Shown: in pieces, positions 10,046-22,069 of the stretch | Position numbering within the stretch: the stretch's first letter is position 1 | Layout of the letters: each line of letters starts with the position of its first letter | Origin: a virus | Lineage: Duplodnaviria; Caudoviricetes | Virus record (IMG/VR): IMGVR_UViG_3300010352_001543 | DNA: 64,000 nucleotides | Strand: one strand, 5' to 3' | The notes under the pieces: model-generated | Told to the model about the DNA's origin: nothing | What the model saw: the letters and a program-made list of their open reading frames with translations, nothing else | Database searches by the model: none | Translations under genes and position numbers: made by a program

Positions 10046-11283
10046 CGTTGGACCATGAAACTTTTGAATTCATTACCTATATGAACAAAATATGAACCGT
10101 TAGGTAAATCTGAAATATCTTCATCTTTATTTATATCAATTTGCTTAACCTCTTCTCCATAAATATTGAATATCGGAACCTTCAAATTTTCAAATTCATT
10201 AGTAAATATTGTTATTTTGTCAATTGCTGGGTTTGGAAATATCTCCGCTCTATCTTTTATTATATGATTCACGCACATACGAATGTTGAAGTCTGATAAT
10301 TTAGCCCGGAACATCCCTGAAGGAGAGCCAAACGCATAAACATAGTCTCCATTAATAATCAAATTTTTAATATTGATATTACTCATTCCTTTGGTTTGTA
10401 TCCAAGTATAACCCTTATTTCCGGTTGCCCAAACACCAGTTCCCATTGTAGCAACAAATAATCTATTTTCTGAATCTGTTACTATTGATGATATGTATTT
10501 AAGTTTAATATTTTTGTTGAGATAATTAAATGTTTTGCCGTTATCTATACTCGAGAACACCTTTCCTAACCTCGTACCCAAATATAGTATAGAATCCGAT
10601 AAATTTGTTGACCTTATACCATCTGCCAATTTTATACCATCGACTGATCGTAATTTTAGTAAATCCCAACTAGATTGAATGCTTTTCGAATAATATAAAT
10701 ATACTTCGTTTGAAGGTCCTTCGCTTGCTGGTAAATTCATATAGACGCCGTTTTTAGTCATTGTTATCGTTTCGATATCTAATGGAAGATTATCATCGGA
10801 ATACATCCAAACCCATTTATCACCATCAGTAAGACATTTAGAATATACCTGAGTGCCATTAGATAAACCTTCTAACAATATAACTACGTTGATGTCATCA
10901 ACGGCTATTGAAGAAATTCTCCAATGCAATAGTTCTTTATTAGAAGAACACCATTTTAAATTTTCCCAGCTACCGCCTAAATTAGTCGATACCCATAACT
11001 TAGTTGTGTCACCAGTTGTAGCAACAAATAAATTATTTTTATATACTTTTATTGAACTTACTGAATGATTGAAAGATTCAATTATTTTTCGATTCCAAGT
11101 TTTCCCATCATCAGAGGAAACAAACAGTCCTGTTTTTGTTCCGATAACAAGATTGTTATCTATAGAGGCCATACACCTAATTTCCGTTTTTGATATCTCG
11201 TTGTTTAGTATTTCCCATTGAGCGTTTGCTGTTGATACACAGACACAAATAATAGCGAATAGCAAAGTTGTTAATTTTTTCAA
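10042..11283 (-). CDS. secreted BNR/Asp-box beta-propeller protein with T9SS C-terminal sorting domain
   Basis: signal peptide; SxDxGxTW boxes; IFPNPA...DISDLPNGSYFV...KSF. Confidence 0.8.
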   Translation of the reverse strand: MKKLTTLLFAIICVCVSTANAQWEILNNEISKTEIRCMASIDNNLVIGTKTGLFVSSDDGKTWNRKIIESFNHSVSSIKVYKNNLFVATTGDTTKLWVSTNLGGSWENLKWCSSNKELLHWRISSIAVDDINVVILLEGLSNGTQVYSKCLTDGDKWVWMYSDDNLPLDIETITMTKNGVYMNLPASEGPSNEVYLYYSKSIQSSWDLLKLRSVDGIKLADGIRSTNLSDSILYLGTRLGKVFSSIDNGKTFNYLNKNIKLKYISSIVTDSENRLFVATMGTGVWATGNKGYTWIQTKGMSNINIKNLIINGDYVYAFGSPSGMFRAKLSDFNIRMCVNHIIKDRAEIFPNPAIDKITIFTNEFENLKVPIFNIYGEEVKQIDINKDEDISDLPNGSYFVHIGNEFKSFMVQR

Positions 11284-11294
11284 TTTGATGTTCC

Positions 11295-12734
11295 TTAAAT
11301 AATAAATTTATAAGCAATATATTTTCCGTCTTGAAGCGTATAAAAAATATACATTCCGTGGACCAAATTTTTCCTAATTAGTATGTCTATTGGTGTCCAT
11401 GAATGAAATCCCGAATCCAATAATTCTCCATTCATTGAAAAACACCACCAGGTTGTTTCGGATGTTTCGTTTTGTCTTAATTCAAGCGGAAGCACTACAT
11501 AAACACCACCATCCACGATCTCGGCAAATATGCTTTTTGTTTTTGAGAAAGTTGTTTCGTCCTTAACAGTTTGCGTTACTCCGTTGTTATAGATAAGTTT
11601 TAAATTTATGCTATCTTTTCTAATTTTTGATATATCTATTTTTAATTTTTCGTTCTCTTTTTTTAGTTCTAAGTTAATAACGTTTAAACTGTCATTTTTA
11701 TCAGATAAATACTCATTTAAGGAATCCTGTTCATTGTATTTTTCTTTTAACTCGTTTAATCTCGCTAAGGTCCGTTCACAACTATCCCTGAAAATTATTC
11801 CTTCTTTTATTGCAACTTCACAAGGATTACCAACTGTGAATTTGGCCATCTGAACAATTCGGAAATTTCCGTCATCAACAACACAATCTATATTATATTC
11901 ACCATTTTTATTGAATTTAACAGTAGCAGATTTTCCATCAAAGTAGTTGAAATCATTTACCAAAGCATTATCGAAATACGTGACAATTTTTACATATTTA
12001 AAATTGGAAGATTTCTCATATTCAATTATTTCATTGGTCCCGATTTCTCTTTGTCCCCACTTATTCAAGACTTTGAGAAAAACCTCTTTTTCTTTATATG
12101 GTATCGTTGGAGTTTCACATACCACTTGAACCGGATTATCATAATATAATTGGAAAATTGCAGGATTTTTGATGTTTCCATTACTAAGTGGCATTGTCAT
12201 AACGGATTTGTTTTCCGGGATGGTATATGTTTCCCAACGTCTCCATGAACTTCCATTATCGATTGAATATCTAAGTGTCATTTCATCCGGAGCTTCTGAT
12301 GGGTCAAATTTGACATAAAATTGATGTTCTGAATTATTGAAAATTGTGTCAGGGTATGAGGCAAATGAAAACTTATCTGAGTATTTACAAACTACGCTAA
12401 ATGTATTACTATTAACCCATTCGTTATCAATCTTACAAAAAATTCCAATTTTTGTAACTCCTGTCTCTTTTACTTTGAATGTAAATTGAACTGGGTTGTT
12501 TATCCATACGGTAGGTTCTGTTAAATTTTTCCAAGTTGTTCCGTTATTCACCGAGTAAGCAAAATAATACATGGAACTTTTTGAAGGTACATCATTTTGA
12601 TATTCGATTGTGTAACTTCTGCCAAAAAAACATTCGGTAGGAGTTGTAATAAATTCACCAGCTTTGACAGGTTTTGTGCATGCTACTATTAATGCTATAA
12701 TTGCAAAAATCAACATCATTAATAATTTTTTCAT
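11295..12734 (-). CDS. secreted protein with coiled coil and T9SS-CTD-like end (paralog of 47516..48910)
   Basis: signal peptide; SxxNGxTW boxes; C-terminal GMYIF...YKFII. Confidence 0.6.
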   Translation of the reverse strand: MKKLLMMLIFAIIALIVACTKPVKAGEFITTPTECFFGRSYTIEYQNDVPSKSSMYYFAYSVNNGTTWKNLTEPTVWINNPVQFTFKVKETGVTKIGIFCKIDNEWVNSNTFSVVCKYSDKFSFASYPDTIFNNSEHQFYVKFDPSEAPDEMTLRYSIDNGSSWRRWETYTIPENKSVMTMPLSNGNIKNPAIFQLYYDNPVQVVCETPTIPYKEKEVFLKVLNKWGQREIGTNEIIEYEKSSNFKYVKIVTYFDNALVNDFNYFDGKSATVKFNKNGEYNIDCVVDDGNFRIVQMAKFTVGNPCEVAIKEGIIFRDSCERTLARLNELKEKYNEQDSLNEYLSDKNDSLNVINLELKKENEKLKIDISKIRKDSINLKLIYNNGVTQTVKDETTFSKTKSIFAEIVDGGVYVVLPLELRQNETSETTWWCFSMNGELLDSGFHSWTPIDILIRKNLVHGMYIFYTLQDGKYIAYKFII

Positions 12735-15700
12735 TGATCCATCCCATCTAAAGTAGTTTGTAATTCATCGTATATTGATGGTTCGATGCGAAATCCATAA
12801 CGTTTATAAAATTCTGCTACTTTACCATAATCTGTTACAATAGTTGCTTGATGATCGTCATATAAAAGTGAAAAAACCAATTTTTTTCTATTTTTAAATT
12901 TTTCATCAAATGAATCTTTACTTATATTTTTTAAACCAATTTTCATATCAAATGATGCCCAATTACATATAGCATACAAATCTTTGTATTTAGTAATTTG
13001 TTTATGTAAATATGTAGGTGATTCTATCTTGACAGGACATCTCATTTTCAAAATATAATATCGAGTTCCTGCGATATCTAACCTTGGAGGAATTACTTCA
13101 GAGAACTGTATTATACGCATAATATTTGCTAAAAAATTGAAAAATTCCTCTATTTTTTCAATAGGTTCATTATTGTCTGGATAAGGTAATCTAAGTGTTA
13201 ATTCATCCATATTTACAATCTTGCCGTCTCTAATACCTTCATAATTATGTCTGAAAGAATAATCGTAATATTCTATTAAGTGAAGATAATCAATAGCTTC
13301 GGCTACTGTTGTTTTTTGTTTTAATGTAAACATTTTAATTTTCCTTGTTGTTTAAATTATAAATTTCTAACGCTTTTTTATTTGTATATGTTCCATCATC
13401 ATTCAAAATATATTCATCTGAATTTTTTAATTCATCTATGGTCAAAGTTTGGTATGACTTTGACCAAGTTCCATCACCAGGAACCCACGGCATCTTTACT
13501 TCTATCATAGTCTTTCCTTCTTTGGCAAGTATTGCGTTTTCTGCTTCAAAGTGACTCATTCCAGTAGTAGCGCATAACGTTTCAATATCATAATGATATT
13601 GTTCAAATTTAGGTGAATGAGAATTGTCTTCTGGATTGTAGGTGAAAACTACTCCACGATTTCGTTCTTCTATAGTAAAATTAGTTATGCCACTATTTAA
13701 ATATTGCCTGAATTTCATATGAACATCCAGACCAGATTCATAGTATATTGAAGTATTAATTATAATAGAAGCACATTCCCAATTATCTAATTCATAGTTT
13801 TCTGAATTTGCCCTTACACTTATAACTTTGTCATTCAAATGATTATTCAATATATCTTTGATAGTATTTGAATAATCTTTAATGCTATCTGATGATACCG
13901 GTGTTACAGTAGGATCTAATTCTTCTAATTCAGTATTAATATCCATACTAAATCCGACAGTGTTTTTAATTCTTTCTTTCATTTTTTTAATTTTTCTTAT
14001 ATTTTATAAATTTATTTCTCTTCCACAAATTTCTTCCAGTTCTTCATGGTATATCCATTTTTTGGCTATGAGTGATTCAATGCCCATATCATCAGTTGTT
14101 TTGTTGATAATAAAACCATCGTCACTATCGTCACCACAAACACAATAAATTGTCAGTTTCTTATCATCTGGCATTTCTTTACCATCCGGACCATATATCG
14201 AATTAAAATCATCTAAATGGTCATAACATAATCCAATAATAAGATCATTCTCTTTGTCTTTTTCGGTATATGGCATTACAAACATACTCCTTGTACATCT
14301 TCTATTTTTGTTATGATCCCTTTTCTTTTTTTGGTTTCTAAATAGGTGTTTAGTACAGAGGGAATATCTGTTATTGGTGAATCAGTGTAAAAATGACCAG
14401 TACTTTGTTTAACATTTCCAGTGCTTCCATCATCCATTTTTGCAATTGTATAATAATTTACTTTATAACTCATTTCATTATTCCATATTGTTTAAATCTA
14501 TTAAAACATCATCATCAGAATAACTATTTTCATATATAATATCAGTTATTCTTTTCATATATCGTTCTGTATCTGGTATCATCTGAACGTTACCACATTC
14601 AATTATAACCGCATCAATTTCTTCTTTTGGAGTACCTTGCTCTGTAGCAACTTTCTTAAATTCATCCAATAATATCATAGTATTTTCGATGGGTATGAAC
14701 TCAATTAACTTATGTTCGACACTTTTCCAATTGAATTTTACTAATTTTGTTACTTTTCTATAATCTTCCATTTTCTTAATCCTTATTTTTTAATTCTTTC
14801 ACATTTTTCACATTTATAATAACTATGACCATCTAAATAAACTTTACTAATAAGATAATAATCATGAATACAAAACGTTTGTTTAATTAATTTACGAAAC
14901 CACAATATTAAATCACCTATCATATTATATCTCCATTATACCAAAATAATTCTCCATTACTATCCGATAAATTAGATTTATTAGTGGTAACTGATTCATT
15001 TTCTTCTAATAAATAATCATCAACTTCTTTTGTATATTCATCCAACTTAACTATGGCTCCTTGATAAGAACATTCTATTTTTTCTGGAATAATTTCATTA
15101 TCCACCATATCATGAAAATAAGTTAATAAATTTCGAATACATCTCAATTCGATTAAATCTTTAAATTCCATATTGATTAATTTCCTATATAATCCCAAAA
15201 TTTTAATGTCCAAATTAATAACACAATTGCGGTAAATAAAGGTAATATAGATGATATAAATAATTTACGTTTATTTACTACGTAATTACTCCATACACCT
15301 TGTTTTACATCCATATCAACTAAAGAGATTATGGATAATGTTAACAAAATTGCGTAAATTGCAATACCTAAATTAGTCCATGTCAAGATTTCCATATTAT
15401 TTACTCTGTTTAATCCAAATATCATACATACTATTAAAATCTCTAAAAACTTCTCCAAAGAACAATCCACCATCTTCAAAATCTAAGGGTTGATTTCTTA
15501 TCTTAGCTGACTCAATAATACATTTTATAAATTCTACATAGTTTCTCGTTTCTTCACTTATGATGTGATAAAATGGTAATGGTGGAAGCGAAAATACATC
15601 GAGTTTATCATTAGGTAATATTGGTCGGTTTAATAATTCCGAAGAAGTTATCAATAGTTCCATTTTTTTAACAAAATCTTTTGTTACTGTAGTTAATTTA

Positions 15701-17185
15701 GCTTCCTTTTCCATTTCATATTCAGCTTCAATTTGTTCTGCTGTTTTTCTATTTGCTTTATCAAAAAACAAATATCCTATTGCATCACCTATCCAACTCA
15801 TTATATAATTCCAAAATATTTAAAAATTTGTACTCCTGCATATAAAATGCAGAATATCGGAACTAATTTTCCCATAATCTGACAGAAAATTGTAAAAATA
15901 TTATTTGGTCCTCTTACTTTCAAAAAGAAAATAACCAAAGCTATCACTATTACCGCAAAGTGGTAAATTAATGTTATTGTGTTCATTATCTAAACCTCTA
16001 TATTTCTATTTCTTAAAATCTGACATACGTCCGATGCTTCATTTTTATTACTACATCGGCATATAATATTTTTAGAATTGTAAAAATTATATACTAAAAA
16101 ATATGGTACTTGTTCTTTTAATGTTTTTGTGATTGTGTTATTATGAGAATAATCGACTTTCCAAACGAACGGTAAGTAATCCATATTTGGAAGAGGATTC
16201 TTATCAACATCAATTTTGTGTTCATTTAAGAAAACATAAAGTTTATGAGCTTGCTTTTTATCACCAGAACTATAGATAACCTTTTTAGGGTCATTCCTTT
16301 CACAAATAACATAGGTATGTTCACAATCTTCTTCTGTTCGTATATCATTGTTAAATGTTATCATATCTCTCATTTGATATCGCCACTTCTTAATATCTTC
16401 AATTGTCAAACTTTCATAAGTTTTCTTAGCATCTTCTAATGAGAATTGTTGGTCATTTAGATTATTACAAATTTCATTTGCTTCTTCTTCAGTTTTTCGA
16501 TAACAAATAATGTCCTCATAATTACCTTCTTCTAAAGTCTTGTATGGTAGATACACATACCACGGAACGTCTGATCGTACTACAGATTTTGCAACAAGAT
16601 ATTCCAGTGTTTTATCTACGGTTGGTCTAATTCCACAATTCCACTCATACATCCGAACAAGATATTCAATTTTCTCTTCGGTCGTCATTTTATCTAATTC
16701 TTTCCGTTTCATTTTACCGCTTGTTCTTTTCTATTATTTGTTTTTCTAATTGTAATATTAATTGGTTAATTACCATATTATGAGTATCAATTCCAAACTG
16801 AGCATTAACATCCAATATTTGTTCCAATGAAACTTGCATCGTTGCTTTTACTCCTTTTTCTTCCAGCGAAAGGGTCATTACTCTGCTTCGTGGTAGAAGT
16901 CTATCAATGCTGGTATCCGGTTGACCTATAAATAAAATATGACTATCTTTTAACTCGATTGGTTTATCATTATTGAACCCAACTACAATTTGAAACCATT
17001 TGTAGCCTGATTCTGAACTATAAGTTCTAACCAATGATTCTGGATCTAATTGGTTCAATCCCATTATTTTATTAGTTACGTCATTATAGATTATTTCAAA
17101 GGCTAATCTATCTTTACCTGTTAAATCTTCACATACTGTCATTATAGAATGTCCGTATTTAATTTTAAAATATTTTGTTATTTAA

Positions 17186-17215
17186 TTAAGACGATATAGA
17201 TATAATTTTATTGTA
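17186..17215 (-). promoter_or_regulatory. promoter TACAAT-N16-CGTC
   Basis: motif copy with upstream hairpin. Confidence 0.7.
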
Positions 17216-17512
17216 ACAAAAAGAAAGAATTTTCAAAATAAATTGAAAATTCTTTCTGTTTTATATTTTGTTTTATTTAGGCAAAGTTTTCTTCACAGAA
17301 TAGGTTACCATCATAAAACATAATTTCACCTTCTTCATCGAATTCTATTACGTAAGACGCGGTTAAGTCAATTCCGTAGTCTTCTTCGAATTCGGATAGA
17401 ATTATCAAAGCTTTTCTTTTTGCTTCGTCGCTTAATTCATTTAGTCTGTATACGTTTAATGTTCTCATTTTTTTAAATCCTAAAGTTATTAGTTTGTAAT
17501 TAATTTATATAA

Positions 17513-17542
17513 TATAGACGTCGCTAATGGAATTTTATTGTA
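17513..17542 (-). promoter_or_regulatory. promoter TACAAT-N16-CGTC
   Basis: motif copy with upstream hairpin. Confidence 0.75.
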
Positions 17543-17605
17543 AACAAAAAGAAAGAATTTTCAAAATAAATTAAAAATTCTTTAAATACTACTATTTTAT
17601 TCTTT

Positions 17606-18190
17606 CTAAACCATCTTTTGGATCTGTTCAAATTCATCATCATAATCACTGAACCAGTCGGCCACCTGAGAAATCAAATCTTTTAAGTTTTCTTTCCATT
17701 TTTGGATTATGTCAGCTATTCCTTCGTCGACAGTATCTTTCTTGACTGAAGATAGTTTGGAAACGGTTCTAACTGTTGTTGTACATTCCTCTATCAACTC
17801 ATCCGCTATTTTCTTGAGCTTAGGAGTTAATTTTTCATAGATAGCTTTGAACAATTTTTCATAGTTCACTTTTTTAGATTCTGATTCAGCGCTGAAGGTC
17901 ACTGCAAATTCCTCCAGTTGTATCACCCGTGTCATGAATTCATCACCAACATCAAAAAAGTCAGTTCCTAATTTTTTCACTTCTGCTTTCAGTGGTTCCT
18001 GTTCTTTGGTGAACTTTTTGATTTTTATATCAAGTTCATAGAACTCGGAAATTAGTTTTTTCATTTCCCTTGTCTGCTTGTTTGACTTTTGAAAAGAGGC
18101 AAACAACTTCTTAGTTGTTTCCGTGTATTTTATTAACTTGTTATCCAATCGGGATTCATTTATAAATTCACAAAATTTTAATACTTTCAT
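17606..18190 (-). CDS. coiled-coil protein with CTS-like leader
   Basis: MKVLKFCEFINES. Confidence 0.5.
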   Translation of the reverse strand: MKVLKFCEFINESRLDNKLIKYTETTKKLFASFQKSNKQTREMKKLISEFYELDIKIKKFTKEQEPLKAEVKKLGTDFFDVGDEFMTRVIQLEEFAVTFSAESESKKVNYEKLFKAIYEKLTPKLKKIADELIEECTTTVRTVSKLSSVKKDTVDEGIADIIQKWKENLKDLISQVADWFSDYDDEFEQIQKMV

Positions 18191-18192
18191 TT

Positions 18193-18696
18193 TTATTTAT
18201 TATTTTTAAACTTAATATCTTTAAAATTACTTACCAACAATTCATATAAACCGTTGAAATTTTCCTCATAGTCAATATCAAAATGTTCTTCCCACCAGTT
18301 TTCACTAAAATCTGATATTTCGTCTTCTGATTGGTTTTCATATAAATTTACAACGATAATATATTTATGTAATTGTTTAATATCTTTAAAAACCTGTTCC
18401 TCCATTTCATCCCGAACTTTCCTGCCATTTAATGAAGTTCCGGAGTAATCGTATTGGAAAGGTTCGATTTTATAGTTATTAGACAACTTATCACCATCTA
18501 TTTCTAAACGAACCGGATACTCGGAAGCTATTGTTTTTATAGCATTTTTATCTCTTGTAAATGAAATCGTTCCATGATTATACGATACTTTTAGGATATC
18601 GCTTTCTAATATTTTTAGAAGGTTATCAATTGTAGTATGATGATACAATACTCCAACTTGTTTATTCTCATTTATAAAATCAGCTAAGGATTTCAT
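18193..18696 (-). CDS. putative ADP-ribosyltransferase-fold protein with CTS-like leader
   Basis: LYHHT..NL.KIL, ISFTR, EMEE; leader MKSLADFINE. Confidence 0.5.
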   Translation of the reverse strand: MKSLADFINENKQVGVLYHHTTIDNLLKILESDILKVSYNHGTISFTRDKNAIKTIASEYPVRLEIDGDKLSNNYKIEPFQYDYSGTSLNGRKVRDEMEEQVFKDIKQLHKYIIVVNLYENQSEDEISDFSENWWEEHFDIDYEENFNGLYELLVSNFKDIKFKNNK

Positions 18697-18918
18697 TTTT
18701 TTATTTATTATTTTTTACAAGGCGTTTAGCACCCTTAACTTCTTCTTTTAGAAATTCATATGCTTCTTTGTAATCCTGAGATCCCATCAACTCGGCATAA
18801 CTCCATACCATTTGAGACAGAATGCTCTTAGAGCAACTGTCTATTAAAACTGCCATTTTTTGCTGATAAACCTCTTGTTCATCATCTGCTTCGTTTAAGT
18901 ATTCCATCTTTCTTTCTA

Positions 18919-19818
18919 TTATTTTACAAACATATTAATCATGCTTTGTATCATATCTAACGTACCACTTATAGTAAAATATTTCAGATGTCCTTTTTGA
19001 ATATTTTTACTATTATCCGAAATGAATTTCTTTAAATCATTATTCATAGGAAATGATTCTAAAACAGCTACAGCGAAATCAGAATCCATGATTAATATCA
19101 TTTTTTTAATATTTTCTATATCCGAATATGAACTCTTTATATCAGCTTTCAAGTAATCTAATATTTTTCGTTCTTTTTTCCATTCACTGTCCATGATGTC
19201 TAAATCAACTTCAGCTTCTACCTCACCATTTTCTATACTGAAAATATAAGAATCCAATGACATAATAGTAACGTCATATTCTCCACCAAGTAAAACTACT
19301 TCATCCTCTCCTTCATCGTAAAAATCTAAGTTTGTTAAATCTACTAAAATTTCTTCTGGACGAGCAACATAAAAAACAAGAACTCCAATTCCTATTAAAT
19401 CACCTTCTTCGTAATCATTATCTAAAAATTCTGTATTATCAACCCATCTCTTTTCAAGACTGTCATATTTTGGATTAGCGAATTGTTTTGCAACAGTTGG
19501 ACTTTTTGTCCATGAGGTAGGACTTTTATGTTTTATTTTTACTTTGGTTCCTCTTTTTAATTTTGATAAATCGGTTCCGAAAAAATCTCTGAGATCAGAT
19601 TCGGTTTTGAATTTATAACCTCTCATTAACTTCATACTACTCAGATTTTTTGAAAAATGTCGTAATTCAGAATCAACTCTTCGAGTATACTCTCGCAATG
19701 CCCTTGTACTACCCTCCATCCAACTATTTAAAAAATCTATTGTTGGTTCAGTTAGGAATTGCTTTTTTATTTTCATACTTTCTATGACAAATTCACTAAA
19801 ATTAAAAATTCTTGACAT
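18919..19818 (-). CDS. putative R-S-E type ADP-ribosyltransferase (Alt/Mod-like) with CTS-like leader
   Basis: LMRG, TSWTKSPTVAKQFA, EDEVVL; start MSRIFNFSEFVIES at 19818. Confidence 0.65.
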   Translation of the reverse strand: MSRIFNFSEFVIESMKIKKQFLTEPTIDFLNSWMEGSTRALREYTRRVDSELRHFSKNLSSMKLMRGYKFKTESDLRDFFGTDLSKLKRGTKVKIKHKSPTSWTKSPTVAKQFANPKYDSLEKRWVDNTEFLDNDYEEGDLIGIGVLVFYVARPEEILVDLTNLDFYDEGEDEVVLLGGEYDVTIMSLDSYIFSIENGEVEAEVDLDIMDSEWKKERKILDYLKADIKSSYSDIENIKKMILIMDSDFAVAVLESFPMNNDLKKFISDNSKNIQKGHLKYFTISGTLDMIQSMINMFVK

Positions 19819-19823
19819 ATGTT

Positions 19824-20276
19824 TTATTTGAGTAATTTTTCTATTGCTTGTTTTTCTTTCTTGGAAACTTCTACTACTATTTCCAGGCAACCCAGTTCTT
19901 CCATTGCTTTTGTTCGGTGACGACCATCAGAATATGAAATTCCGTCTTTACCTTTGAGATCTATCAAAGGAGCTTCCAACAACCAATCTTTTTTATCTTG
20001 TTTTGGAAGATTAACTATTCGGCTTACAAAATCAATGTATCCCTGTATTCTCCCGCCTAACGACATGTTTCTATCAACTACAAATTCTGGATCTGTCTCC
20101 GCGTGAATATGAAGCAAATTTTTAACATTAACAATAATGAAACAATCGTTTGAATGTCTAAGTTTAAAATTTTTCAAGTCCAGTAGATAATCTCTGATCA
20201 ATTGAGTATCAGTGGACGGTTCTATTTCTTTTAAGTACACTTCGTTTAGAAACTCCTTAAATTTTAAAACATTCAT
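19824..20276 (-). CDS. ParB/Srx-like domain protein with CTS-like leader
   Basis: P.I...SDGRHRTKA; start MNVLKFKEFLNE. Confidence 0.6.
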   Translation of the reverse strand: MNVLKFKEFLNEVYLKEIEPSTDTQLIRDYLLDLKNFKLRHSNDCFIIVNVKNLLHIHAETDPEFVVDRNMSLGGRIQGYIDFVSRIVNLPKQDKKDWLLEAPLIDLKGKDGISYSDGRHRTKAMEELGCLEIVVEVSKKEKQAIEKLLK

Positions 20277-20292
20277 TTTAAGTTCTTTTTCT

Positions 20293-20688
20293 TTATATAT
20301 TCGCTTTAGCCGCTTCAACTATTTCTTGAATTGTCTTCTTGTCTTTTAGTAATTCTTTGATTCCGAAATCCTTTGCAAACGCTCTCATGATTTTTTTCTC
20401 GTTCGGTCTTTTTACATCATCTTCGTTTTCATAAATATCAACATCAAAAATATAATTTATGTTCTTGTCGATCATGATTTGAACTATGTATTTAATATAT
20501 TCAAAATAAATTTGCTTTTGATTATTATGGACCAATTCAGGTTTATTAATAAATTCAAAAGGATCTGCTATTACCGCTTCCGGGTAGATTCCTTGAAGCA
20601 TTTTCTTGGCTGATTTAAATTTCTTTTCATTTAAAATCCGGGTCGATTCAATATGTCCTATCAATTGTATTCTTTTTTGTTCTTTCAT
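20293..20688 (-). CDS. DUF4406/nucleoside deoxyribosyltransferase-like protein
   Basis: IQLIGHI...F..A...L....ADP...E...A...GI pattern. Confidence 0.35.
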   Translation of the reverse strand: MKEQKRIQLIGHIESTRILNEKKFKSAKKMLQGIYPEAVIADPFEFINKPELVHNNQKQIYFEYIKYIVQIMIDKNINYIFDVDIYENEDDVKRPNEKKIMRAFAKDFGIKELLKDKKTIQEIVEAAKANI

Positions 20689-21137
20689 TAAAATCCTTAT
20701 CGTTTGTTTTTAAGTTCTTGCTATCAATACAATAGCTAATGCAAGAACTACCATAATTAATACAAAGAGTGCTTCATTCTTTTGCTCTTTGTTTAGCTTG
20801 TTTATTATTTTCATTTTTTCTCCAAATATCTAACCTATATGCTTTACCTTTTCCGGCGTCTTCTGATGATTTAATTCCATAAGGAAAGCACATATTTAAA
20901 ATAAATCTTTTGTTGTAGATCATAGTAAATCCTTCTCTTTCGAAATCGTACCATCCCCAATAATCAGAGGTTGGAATATCTTTTTCGTTTTCTAAGATTT
21001 CTTGATTTTCCGAAATCTTCATCTCAACTTCTACAATATCTTCTGCCTTTTTGCCATACAATGAAGCAGTTATTGGACTAATTCCAAAATCAAAAAACTC
21101 ACCATCTTCATGCACTATAACATTTTCATTGAATATT

Positions 21138-21827
21138 TTATCTTTCATCGTCTTCTCTAATCTCAAATATTTCCAATTCGTCTAAATTTATAAAATTGCA
21201 TTGTTCGGTGTAGTTCCTATCACTTTGATGAAAATGCCCGGACACCCACCACTTGCAGTTGCTTTGGCTATAAATTTTTTCTATAAGTTTTCTTTCACTT
21301 ATCAAATCTTTAGCTAATTTTTCATCCTTAGTTAACCAGTAATCCAAAACAATGGATGATGGTATTTTAGCAAAGTACATTGGTGTCGGAACATGGGTAA
21401 CTAAAATATCACAACTACAATCGAAATTCTTAGGAATTCTTTTTATAGTTTCATTCTTCCACCAACTAACATCAGGTATTCTGCTTTTCCTATCCAATGA
21501 AATTCCTCCACCAACAAACAGAACAACCTTTCCTTCGATTGTTAATTTGGTATAATCATCAACGAAACAAATATTAGGATAATCAGAAGCTCCTCCGCTC
21601 CAATATGCTGGGTTATCGTGATTGCCTCTAACTACATAAAGAAGACAGTGATTTTCAACTAAACAATCACTTAATCTTTTTAAGTTTATTATATCAAGAT
21701 GATCATAAATATCGGAAACAAACCCCACTCCTATGTCTCCAACCTGGATTATTGTTTCATTTTGACAATTTTTTATCAATTCGATAAAAGTCAAAAATTT
21801 TCCGTGTATATCTCCTACATATATCAA
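21138..21827 (-). CDS. calcineurin-like metallophosphoesterase
   Basis: GDIHG, GDIG, GNHD, VTH, GHFH. Confidence 0.9.
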   Translation of the reverse strand: MIYVGDIHGKFLTFIELIKNCQNETIIQVGDIGVGFVSDIYDHLDIINLKRLSDCLVENHCLLYVVRGNHDNPAYWSGGASDYPNICFVDDYTKLTIEGKVVLFVGGGISLDRKSRIPDVSWWKNETIKRIPKNFDCSCDILVTHVPTPMYFAKIPSSIVLDYWLTKDEKLAKDLISERKLIEKIYSQSNCKWWVSGHFHQSDRNYTEQCNFINLDELEIFEIREDDER

Positions 21828-22069
21828 CTGTTTACTCCATCCATTTTCATTTTTCTAAACATAACATGACCAGCTATTTTCGTCTTCAAACCAGTCTAAT
21901 TCTTCTAAACGTTTTATGTCTTTTTCATCAGTCACCATTTCGTAACATCCTATCCATAGCTGAACATGTTCAGCTACAACACCACTATCGCCATTGTGTT
22001 TAGTTTTCCATTCATGAACATACTTGTTAATTATATTCAATCCTTCTAATAATCTTTCAATACTCATTT

